Assembly (NCBI RefSeq): GCF_000195955.2
Contig: NC_000962.3
Coordinates: 3,330,001-3,362,000, forward strand
From: Mycobacterium tuberculosis H37Rv
GTDB lineage: Bacteria; Actinomycetota; Actinomycetes; Mycobacteriales; Mycobacteriaceae
Direction of reading: 5' to 3'
DNA length: 32,000 nt
Position numbers and translations under genes: made by a program. The number at the start of each line of letters is the position of its first letter. Position 1 is the stretch's first letter. Positions 1-6,798 of the stretch are shown here, piece after piece. The notes beneath the pieces were generated by a model that saw only the letters and a program-made list of their open reading frames with translations, did no database searches and was not told where the DNA came from.

Positions 1-1361
1 ACCAGCTCGGTGCCTGGATGGTGGTCGTGCACATGCCGTTCCAGGACGACAGCCACGTCTTCGGTTACGCCGGCGCCAATTAGCACCGTCACCAGATCGC
101 CTCCCGATGCCAACAACAGGTCGACCAGACCGATGGCCGCCGCGGCGACATCGTCGGCGACGATCAGCACCTCGTCGCCCGCGATACCCAGACCGTCGCC
201 CGGCTTGCAGGTACCGGCCCAGGTCAGCGCCTTTTGGGTGGCAATGCGCACCGATCCGTGCCGGGAAGCACCGGCGGCACGGGCCATGCTGTAGCCGTCG
301 TCGACGGCCTGGCGGGCCGCGTCATGCACGGCCAGCGCGGCCAACCCCTGCACCATCGATCCGGTCGGCACGGGTACCACGTCGACGCCCCAGCCGATCG
401 CCGCGGTACACCCGGCCACCAGTTCTTCGGCGGCCACATAGCCATTGGGCAGCACCATCACGTGCGCGGCGCCGGTGTCTACCACGGCCCGCACCAGCTG
501 GTGGGCACTGATATCGGCGGCCGGTGTCACGGCGTCTGGACCCGGTCGCAGCACGCAGGCGCCCTCCCCGGCGAACAGCTCGGCGGCACCGTCGCCGTCG
601 ACGACCGCCAGCACGGCGCGGCCCCGCGTCCAGCCACCGGCCGGCAATCCGCTGGTCCCGGAACCGAGCGCCGAGATCACGATCCGGCTAACTCGCCCCA
701 CCGCCAATCCGGCTTCCACGGCGGCACCGGCGTCGTCGGTGTGGACGTGTACGGAGTAGCTGTCGGGCGGAGCAGCGGCGATGGCCACCGACTCACCCAA
801 TTCCTTGAGTCGATCCCGCAACTGGTCCGCCGCTGCAGCATCACATACCGCCAACAGATACATCACCTCGAATTGCGGGGCGGGGCGTTGGGTAGCCGTG
901 TCGGTCGGCAACGCGCGCGGCGAGGGTTCGTAGACCGCCCGGGCAGGTGCCTGCCCGCAGATGGTGGAGCGCAACGCGTCCAGCAGAACCAGCAGGCCCC
1001 GTCCGCCGGCGTCCACCGCGCCCGCATCGGCGAGCACGTCAAGCTGTTCGGGGGTCTTTTCCAGCGCGATGACCGCCGCGTCACCGGCGGCGGTGACCGC
1101 ACCGGCCAACCCCTCGTGCGCGCACTGGTCGACGGCTCCGGCGGCGGCCCGCAGCACCGAGACGATAGTTCCCGGCACCTCCACGCCACCCATCGACGCG
1201 ACGACCAACTCGACGCCGCGCCACAACGCGGCCCCGAGGGCGTTGGCGTCGACCGCCCGCAATACCGCGCCAGAGGCGGCGGCCGCAGTCGCGGTCACCT
1301 CTGCGATCCCGCGCAGGATCTGGGACAGGATCACGCCGGAGTTGCCGCGAGCTCCGTTCAA
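1..1361 (-). CDS. DAK2-domain protein (YloV/FakA-like), major C-terminal part. The 3' end runs off the left edge, and the only in-frame start candidate is TTG at 1359-1361.
   Basis: Hand translation of the minus frame (top coordinate mod 3 = 2) gives (L)NGARGNSGVILSQILRGIAE, the DAK2 GARGNSG motif. The frame stays open to nt 1 (..IGAGVTEDVAVVLERHVHDHHPGTELV). It is absent from the ORF track because no stop lies inside the window. Upstream in this frame there is no ATG, GTG or TTG before a stop. It lies divergent to rpmB, a common bacterial arrangement. Confidence 0.8.
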   Translation of the reverse strand, partial: MNGARGNSGVILSQILRGIAEVTATAAAASGAVLRAVDANALGAALWRGVELVVASMGGVEVPGTIVSVLRAAAGAVDQCAHEGLAGAVTAAGDAAVIALEKTPEQLDVLADAGAVDAGGRGLLVLLDALRSTICGQAPARAVYEPSPRALPTDTATQRPAPQFEVMYLLAVCDAAAADQLRDRLKELGESVAIAAAPPDSYSVHVHTDDAGAAVEAGLAVGRVSRIVISALGSGTSGLPAGGWTRGRAVLAVVDGDGAAELFAGEGACVLRPGPDAVTPAADISAHQLVRAVVDTGAAHVMVLPNGYVAAEELVAGCTAAIGWGVDVVPVPTGSMVQGLAALAVHDAARQAVDDGYSMARAAGASRHGSVRIATQKALTWAGTCKPGDGLGIAGDEVLIVADDVAAAAIGLVDLLLASGGDLVTVLIGAGVTEDVAVVLERHVHDHHPGTEL

Positions 1362-1612
1362 CGCGCGCCGGCCGCGAGAGCGGCCGCAACCCGCGCCACG
1401 TCTTCGGCGTCAGCCTGCGAATTCGCGTGCAAATCAGCTTCTACGACCGCGGCACGCATGGTGAACAGCATGTTGACGCCGGTATCGGAGTCAGCGACCG
1501 GGAACACATTGAGCCGGTTGATCTCGTCGATGTGGAGGATCAGATCGCTGACGACGGCGTGTGCCCAGTCCCGCAAGGCCGAGGCGTCCAACGGCCGATC
1601 CGCCGTCCCCAC
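1358..1612 (-). CDS. N-terminal fragment of the same DAK2-domain protein, separated from the rest by a frameshift (84 aa from GTG 1612; the longest ORF starts at GTG 1636)
   Basis: The ORF-track protein ..IDEINRLNVFPVADSDTGVNMLFTMRAA.. matches the DAK2 N-terminal motif (NVFPVxDGDTGxNM in YloV-type proteins). It stops at TGA 1358-1360 just before the GARGNSG motif, which continues in another frame. A GGAGGAGG Shine-Dalgarno sequence lies 9 nt upstream of GTG 1612. Confidence 0.75.
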   Translation of the reverse strand: MGTADRPLDASALRDWAHAVVSDLILHIDEINRLNVFPVADSDTGVNMLFTMRAAVVEADLHANSQADAEDVARVAAALAAGAR

Positions 1613-1853
1613 TACAACACACCTCCTCCGCAACACACCTCCTCCGCGCCAGCCCGCGCCCCGAGCCTAACCAGACGTGGTGACAGCACGGTCACGACGC
1701 CGCTCTCCCGGCCAAGGCGGGTGCTGACATGTCCGCGAAGGGCTGATCGTTTTGGCGCTACCGCACAACAATGGCTATCCTGTGCTAGCCGCGGGCTACA
1801 CGTAGGCGTCCCGGCCAGGTCGCCGGACCTAAGAGATTTGAGGAGCTTGACGA

Positions 1854-2048
1854 ATGGCCGCTGTGTGCGATATCTGCGGGAAAGGCCCCGGCTTCGGCAA
1901 GTCGGTGTCGCACTCCCACCGCCGCACCAGCCGCCGGTGGGATCCGAACATCCAGACTGTGCACGCCGTGACCCGTCCCGGCGGCAACAAGAAGCGACTC
2001 AACGTTTGCACATCCTGCATCAAGGCGGGCAAGATCACCCGCGGCTGA
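1854..2048 (+). CDS. rpmB: 50S ribosomal protein L28, zinc-ribbon (C+) form
   Basis: The 64-aa [47 protein letters not shown] has the L28 signature with CxxC..CxxC. A GAGGAG Shine-Dalgarno sequence lies 8 nt upstream of the ATG. Confidence 0.9.
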   Translation: MAAVCDICGKGPGFGKSVSHSHRRTSRRWDPNIQTVHAVTRPGGNKKRLNVCTSCIKAGKITRG

Positions 2049-2070
2049 CGCCCGGTAACACCTGCACGAC

Positions 2071-2754
2071 TCAGGGCAACCGCCAATCGATCGGCTCGGC
2101 ACCCATCCCGACGAGCAGTTCGTTGGCGCGGCTGAACGGACGCGAGCCGAAGAACCCGCGCGATGCCGATAGCGGTGAAGGATGCGGCGACTCGATCGCA
2201 ACGCAGTTGCCCGCGGCCAGCATCGGCTTCAGAGTCGACGCGTCACGACCCCACAGGATCGCCACCAGCGGCGCTGCGCGCGCCGCCAGGGCGCGAATCG
2301 CGCATTCCGTGACCGCTTCCCAGCCCTTGCCCCGGTGCGACGCCGGGTTGCTGGGTCGCACCGTCAGCACCCTGTTCAACAGCAACACACCGCGTTGCGC
2401 CCAGGGCGTCAGATCGCCGTTCGAGGGCAGCGGATAGCCCAAATCCGCGGTGTACTCGTCGAAGATGTTGGCCAGACTGCGCGGCCACGGACGTACATCA
2501 GGGGCCACCGAGAAGCTAAGACCCACAGCATGTCCTGGAGTCGGATAAGGGTCTTGGCCAACGATAAGGACACGGACGTTGTCGAACGGGAAAGTGAAGG
2601 CGCGCAACACATTCGATCCGGCGGGCAGGTATCTGCGCCCGGCCGCGATCTCGGCCCGCAAGAACTGCCCCATGTGGGCCACCTGGTCGGCCACCGGCTC
2701 GAGCGCGGCGGCCCACCCCCGCTCGACGAGCTCACTCAACGGCCGTGCGGTCAC
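2071..2754 (-). CDS. ung: uracil-DNA glycosylase (family 1)
   Basis: A 227-aa ORF with the [18 protein letters not shown] catalytic motif and the C-terminal HPSPLSA motif. Confidence 0.96.
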
Positions 2755-2786
2755 TGCATCCCTTTCGCGTACAGACGGTCACCGCG

Positions 2787-3788
2787 TCACCCTAGCGAAC
2801 CTTGATTGTCTGGCTCCCCAAACGATTGCCAGCCCGCGTATCCAGTCCACTCCTCGCCGTCGACCAGCACCCTAGCCGGCCCGTCGAGAACCCGGCCAAT
2901 GGTGCGCCACCCGGCCGGCACCGGACCGACGAAACAGGCGACCAGGGCATGATCTTCACCCCCGCTTAGCACCCACGGCCAGGGGTCGGTGCCCAGAGCG
3001 GTTGCGGCCGCAGTCAAAGCGTCGCGGTCAGCGGCCAACGCCGCGGCGGACAGGTCGATGCGCACGCCGGATGCCTCGGCGATGTGCCGCAGATCGGCGA
3101 GCAGCCCGTCGGAGACATCGATCATCGCTTGAGCCCCGACAGCCGCGGCCGCCGCGCCGTGGCCGTAGGGCGGCTGCGGCACCAAATGGCGGCGGCGCAG
3201 TTCGGCGAAGTCTTCAATCCCGTTGCACCACAGCGCATAGCCAGCAGCCGAGCGGCCCAGCTCACCGACGACGGCCAGCACCGAGCCGGCCTTCGCCCCG
3301 GAGCGCAGCACCGGGGCACGACCGTCAAGGTCACCAATCGCGGTGACCGACACCACCCACTGCCGGCAGCTGACCAGATCGCCGCCGACGATGCCGGCAC
3401 CAATGCGCCCCGCCTCCTCCCACATTCCGTCGACCAACGCGCTCGCCTGCGCCGCCGGCGTCTCAGCGGGTGCTCCAAAGCCGACCACGAACGCGGTGGC
3501 CCGCGCCCCCATCGCCTCGATGTCGGCGGCATTCTGGGCGATCGCCTTGCGGCCGACGTCCTGCGGTGTCGACCAGTCCAGCCGGAAGTGACTATCTTGC
3601 ACCAGCATGTCCGTCGACACCACAGTGCGACCATCGCCGGCAGACACCAGCGCGGCATCGTCGCCGGGCCCGAGCAGTACCGTGGCGGGTTGTCGGCGCC
3701 CCCGCACCAGCCGGTCGATCACGGCGAACTCGCCGAGCTGCTGCAGCGTCGGGGACTCCGTTGCAAGTGAGTGATCTTTAGTGGTCAC
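2787..3788 (-). CDS. thiL: thiamine-monophosphate kinase
   Basis: A 333-aa ORF with an AIR-synthase-like fold and motifs (LGEFAVIDRL, GDDAAL, STDMLVQDSHF, GGDL). The GTG start at 3786-3788 overlaps the tnpB stop codon. Confidence 0.93.
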   Translation of the reverse strand: MTTKDHSLATESPTLQQLGEFAVIDRLVRGRRQPATVLLGPGDDAALVSAGDGRTVVSTDMLVQDSHFRLDWSTPQDVGRKAIAQNAADIEAMGARATAFVVGFGAPAETPAAQASALVDGMWEEAGRIGAGIVGGDLVSCRQWVVSVTAIGDLDGRAPVLRSGAKAGSVLAVVGELGRSAAGYALWCNGIEDFAELRRRHLVPQPPYGHGAAAAAVGAQAMIDVSDGLLADLRHIAEASGVRIDLSAAALAADRDALTAAATALGTDPWPWVLSGGEDHALVACFVGPVPAGWRTIGRVLDGPARVLVDGEEWTGYAGWQSFGEPDNQGSLG

Positions 3789-3960
3789 GCGACTTGCACC
3801 CCGTCTCGGGGTTGTTCGGCAGCCTTGGGGCTGCTTCCCTTCCGCGCTTCACAGCCACCTGCCGGGCGAGGCCCGGTCTTACGGTCGGCTCCACGCTTGA
3901 CGGCGGCCCCAACTGGGCCGACGATGCTGGATGTTTCCTCGTAGCGTGCGAGGTTGATGG
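3765..3960 (-). ncRNA. candidate TnpB-associated omega (right-end) RNA; hypothetical, with boundaries guessed
   Basis: This follows characterised TnpB systems, where the guide RNA scaffold overlaps the tnpB 3' end. Two tight hairpins sit just before the tnpB stop: 3819-3834 (GCAGCC/CCAA/GGCTGC) and 3799-3811 (CCCCG/AGA/CGGGG, minus-strand reading). There is no direct evidence of transcription. Confidence 0.25.
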
Positions 3961-5164
3961 CAGCGCAGTCATCACGCTGATGGACCACTGAGCATCGGTC
4001 GCATTGCCATTGTTCGTCCCAGCCGATGTCTTGCACATGCCGGCAGGCGTGGCAGGTTTTCGACGACGGGAACCAGCGGTCGGCGACCACCAGCGCCGAC
4101 CCGTACCAGACTGTCTTGTAGGACAAGTGCCGACGCGGAGTGCCCAGGGCCGCATCCGACAGTCCGCGCCGACGAGCGCGGGCACCCGGCAACCCTTTTT
4201 GCCGCAACATCTCTGTCGCGTCCAAGCCTTCGACAACAATGCGGCCGTGGGTTTGAGCCAACCGTGTCGTCAGGACGTGCAGGTGATGGGTGCGGACATC
4301 GTTGACCCGGCGATGCAACCGGGAAATCTGAGTGGTGCGCTCACGGTAGCGCCGTGAACCTTTCGTGCAACGCGAACGGGCCCGGCACACGTGGCGTAGC
4401 TCGCGCAGCGCGGCGCCGAGCGGTCGTGGGTTCTCAACCTGCTCGATCGCCGTGCCGTCAGCGGTGGCGACCGTCGCCAGGCGCCGGACCCCGACATCGA
4501 CACCAACCCGCGAACCGGGGTGCACCACCTTCGGCTGCTGCGGACGCTGGACAAGCACCCGCACACTGGCATCCAGACGAGTGCCGTTGCGGCGCACCGA
4601 GATCGCCAATACTCGCGCCCGACCGGCCTTGATCAGGCGTTCGATACGGCGGGTGTTCTCGTGCGTGCGGACGGTCCCGATGACCGGCAGGGTGAGGTGA
4701 CGGCGGTCGGGTTCCACACGCATCGCTCCGGTCGTGAACGACACTCGATCCTGGTCGCGGCCTTTGCGTTTGAAACGGGGAAACCCGACCCGTTTACCGG
4801 CGCGTTTGCCGGCGCGGGAGGTCTGCCAGTTCCAGTACGCCTCGACCGCACCCGCGATGCCATCGGCGTAGGCCTCTTTTGAGCATTCAGGCCACCACGC
4901 GACACCGGTCTCGGTGTTGACGCACACGTCGTCCTTGACGGTGTTCCAGCGTTTGCGCAGCACGCGCAGCGACGGTTTCGCTGTCACGGTCCCGCTGGCA
5001 TGCCACGCCTGGATGTCGGCTTTCAGGGTGGCCACGGTCCAGTTGTATGCCTTGCGACGAGCACCGAAATGCCGTGCCAGCGCCTTGGCCTGGTCCTCGG
5101 TCGGGTCCAGCGTGAACCGAAACGCTTGGACCGTCCAGCCATCGGGAACCTCGAACTTGGGCAT
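3785..5164 (-). CDS. tnpB: IS607-family accessory protein TnpB (OrfB; RuvC-type, RNA-guided-nuclease family)
   Basis: A 459-aa ORF carrying RuvC-I (VGVDVGV), RuvC-II (IVVEGLD), a zinc finger (CHAC..CDRC) and RuvC-III (HQRDDCAAINLA). Its ATG overlaps the tnpA stop (TGATG). Confidence 0.93.
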   Translation of the reverse strand: MPKFEVPDGWTVQAFRFTLDPTEDQAKALARHFGARRKAYNWTVATLKADIQAWHASGTVTAKPSLRVLRKRWNTVKDDVCVNTETGVAWWPECSKEAYADGIAGAVEAYWNWQTSRAGKRAGKRVGFPRFKRKGRDQDRVSFTTGAMRVEPDRRHLTLPVIGTVRTHENTRRIERLIKAGRARVLAISVRRNGTRLDASVRVLVQRPQQPKVVHPGSRVGVDVGVRRLATVATADGTAIEQVENPRPLGAALRELRHVCRARSRCTKGSRRYRERTTQISRLHRRVNDVRTHHLHVLTTRLAQTHGRIVVEGLDATEMLRQKGLPGARARRRGLSDAALGTPRRHLSYKTVWYGSALVVADRWFPSSKTCHACRHVQDIGWDEQWQCDRCSVVHQRDDCAAINLARYEETSSIVGPVGAAVKRGADRKTGPRPAGGCEARKGSSPKAAEQPRDGVQVA

Positions 5165-5748
5165 CAGGCGGCCTCATGGTCCTCGCCAGCAGCGGCCGCC
5201 AATGCGCGCTTGGTTCGATTCTCGGCAGCCCGTTTGCCATACAGACGGGCGCACATCGACGTCAGGATCTCGGTCATATCCCGCACCAGGTCGTCATCGA
5301 CCTCGGCAGAGTCGACTACCACCAGTTCGCGGCCCTGCGCCGCAAACGCTGCCTGCACGTACTTCGAGCCCAACCGGCAGAACCGATCCCGGTGCTCCAC
5401 CACGATCCGGTGGACTGACGGGTCGCGCAGCAGTGAAAGGAACTTACGGCGGTGCTCGTTGAACGCGGAACCGACCTCGGTCACGACCTTGTCGACTGGC
5501 ATCTGTTGGGCCGTGGCCCACGCGGTCACCCGCGCGACCTGCCGATCCAGATCGGCTTTCTGATCGGCCGACGACACCCGTGCATACACCGCGGTCGGTG
5601 ATCGCATGCCAGCGTCCCCAGCCGGTTCGTCGACGAGAATCAGTCGGCCCACTCGCCTCGCCATCACCGACAACAGACCAGCACGAAACCAGCGGTAGGC
5701 GGTCCCCGGAGCAACACCGTTGCGCTCCGCCCACGTCGCCAGGTTCAT
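5164..5748 (-). CDS. tnpA: IS607-family serine recombinase transposase TnpA (MerR-like HTH plus resolvase catalytic domain)
   Basis: MNLATWAERNGVAPGTAYRWFRAGLL is the HTH, followed by AVYARVSSADQKADLDRQ with the catalytic serine motif. It is 194 aa from ATG 5748. The track ORF extends 10 codons further, to 5778. Confidence 0.9.
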   Translation of the reverse strand: MNLATWAERNGVAPGTAYRWFRAGLLSVMARRVGRLILVDEPAGDAGMRSPTAVYARVSSADQKADLDRQVARVTAWATAQQMPVDKVVTEVGSAFNEHRRKFLSLLRDPSVHRIVVEHRDRFCRLGSKYVQAAFAAQGRELVVVDSAEVDDDLVRDMTEILTSMCARLYGKRAAENRTKRALAAAAGEDHEAA

Positions 5749-5959
5749 ATCTCTGTTCCTACCGCACGCCACTGACAACTACCGACCACTCAACCCGCAA
5801 CAGCTGGCACCCCCCGATGCGTCGTCGCCCACGCCGCCTCCTTCGGCCCGTTCTGGCCCTGTGGACCTTCGAACACCTCGCCCGACCTGCGGTAAGTTGA
5901 GTCACTGCCGGCGCGAGCGGACCGCGCCAGTGTATGAGAGCAAAGAGGTGGCCGCGCAG

Positions 5960-6505
5960 GTGACAGGCGAGTCCGACGGGCCGCCGCGCGCCGTGCTGAT
6001 CGCCGCGGCGGCGCTGGCGGCGGCGGTGATCGGGGTAATCCTGGTTGTCGCGGCGAACCGCCAGCCGCCGGAGCGACCGGTTGTCATTCCGGCCGTGCCC
6101 GCTCCGCAGGCCACCGGTCCCGGCTGCAAAGCACTGCTGGCGGCGCTGCCTCAACGACTCGGCGAGTATCGGCGCGCGCCCGTCGCGGAGCCGACCACTG
6201 CGGGTGCCACGGCCTGGCGAACGGGGCCAAACAGCACACCGGTGATTTTGCGCTGTGGACTCGACCGCCCGGCCGAGTTCGTGGTGGGTTCGGCCATCCA
6301 AGTCGTCGATCGGGTGCAGTGGTTTCAGGTGGCCGCGCAAAACCCGGACGAGCCAGGCCGGTCCACCTGGTACACCGTGGACCGGCCGGTGTATGTGGCG
6401 CTGACACTCCCCTCGGGATCGGGGCCCACCGCGATCCAGGAATTGTCAGACGTTATCGACCACACCATCCCCGCGGTACCCATCGACCCGGCGCCGGCTC
6501 GCTAG
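5960..6505 (+). CDS. membrane-anchored or secreted protein of unknown function (DUF3515-like)
   Basis: 181 aa from GTG 5960, with an AAGAGG Shine-Dalgarno sequence 9 nt upstream. There is an N-terminal hydrophobic anchor (AVLIAAAALAAAVIGVILVVAA). The longer 261-aa track ORF has an implausible Pro/Arg-rich leader that overlaps the IS end. Confidence 0.75.
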   Translation: MTGESDGPPRAVLIAAAALAAAVIGVILVVAANRQPPERPVVIPAVPAPQATGPGCKALLAALPQRLGEYRRAPVAEPTTAGATAWRTGPNSTPVILRCGLDRPAEFVVGSAIQVVDRVQWFQVAAQNPDEPGRSTWYTVDRPVYVALTLPSGSGPTAIQELSDVIDHTIPAVPIDPAPAR

Positions 6506-6798
6506 TGCCGATCGCAAGCGCGGCGCTTGCGCCGGGCGCGGCGGGTCGGCACCATCGGGCTAAGTGCCGATCGCAAGCGCGGCGCTTGCGCCGGGCGCGG
6601 CGGGTCGGCACCATCGGGCTAAGTGCCGATCGCAAGCGCGGCGCTTGCGCCGGGCGCGGCGGGTCGGCACCATCGGGCTAAGTGCCGATCGCAAGCGCGG
6701 CGCTAGCGCCGGGCGCGGCGGGTCGGCACCATCGGGCTAAGTGCCGATCGCAAGCGCGGCGCTAGCGCCGGGCGCGGCGGGTCGGCACCATCGGGCTA
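6505..6798. repeat. tandem repeat, 5 copies of a 59-bp unit (MIRU/VNTR type; probably the QUB-3336 locus)
   Basis: The motif gtgccgatcgcaagcgcggcg recurs at 6505, 6564, 6623, 6682 and 6741, an exact 59-bp period. Copies 1-3 carry ..gcgcttgcgcc.. and copies 4-5 carry ..gcgctagcgcc... The last copy is 58 bp. Confidence 0.95.

Larger units (their letters stand above)
3785..5850 (-). mobile_element. IS607-family insertion sequence (tnpA-tnpB), probably IS1538 of the M. tuberculosis complex. Both ends are approximate.
   Basis: The overlapping tnpA/tnpB pair is typical of IS607. It is wedged between thiL and a divergently oriented DUF3515 gene. No terminal inverted repeats are expected for this family, so the exact ends cannot be fixed from one copy. 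Confidence 0.7.

Noticed and set aside
234-1670. 478-aa plus-strand ORF, the longest ORF in the first 2 kb
   Set aside because: It is antisense to the DAK2-domain gene, which has clear family motifs. Its translation is Gly/Arg/His/Pro-rich with no recognisable domain. This is the usual shadow ORF of high-GC DNA.
1829-2086. 85-aa minus-strand ORF between the DAK2 gene and ung
   Set aside because: It is fully antisense to the unmistakable L28 (rpmB) ORF. It has no motif or SD support and an out-of-frame-like composition.
3122-3770. Several 80-230-aa ORFs on both strands inside thiL
   Set aside because: They are alternative frames of thiL with Arg/Pro-rich nonsense translations. The thiL frame has family motifs along its full length.
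2755-3795. Looked for a TPP riboswitch or promoter upstream of thiL
   Set aside because: The DNA immediately upstream of thiL is tnpB coding sequence. I could not recognise a THI-box-like structure, and thiL is not normally riboswitch-controlled.
3779-5792. A possible 7-bp terminal inverted repeat (AGTGGTC / GACCACT) near both ends of the IS
   Set aside because: IS607-family elements generally lack terminal inverted repeats, and a 7-mer match within ~100-bp search windows is easily due to chance. I did not use it to set the boundaries.
6319-6681. ORFs (120 aa on plus, 60 aa on minus) running through the 59-bp repeats
   Set aside because: They exist only because the repeat lacks stops in those frames. 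59 is not a multiple of 3, so the peptide is not even periodic. They overlap the real DUF3515 gene out of frame.
6505-6798. Considered whether the 59-bp repeat array could be a CRISPR array
   Set aside because: The units are directly tandem with no unique spacers between them, and no cas genes are nearby. It is a VNTR/MIRU-type minisatellite.
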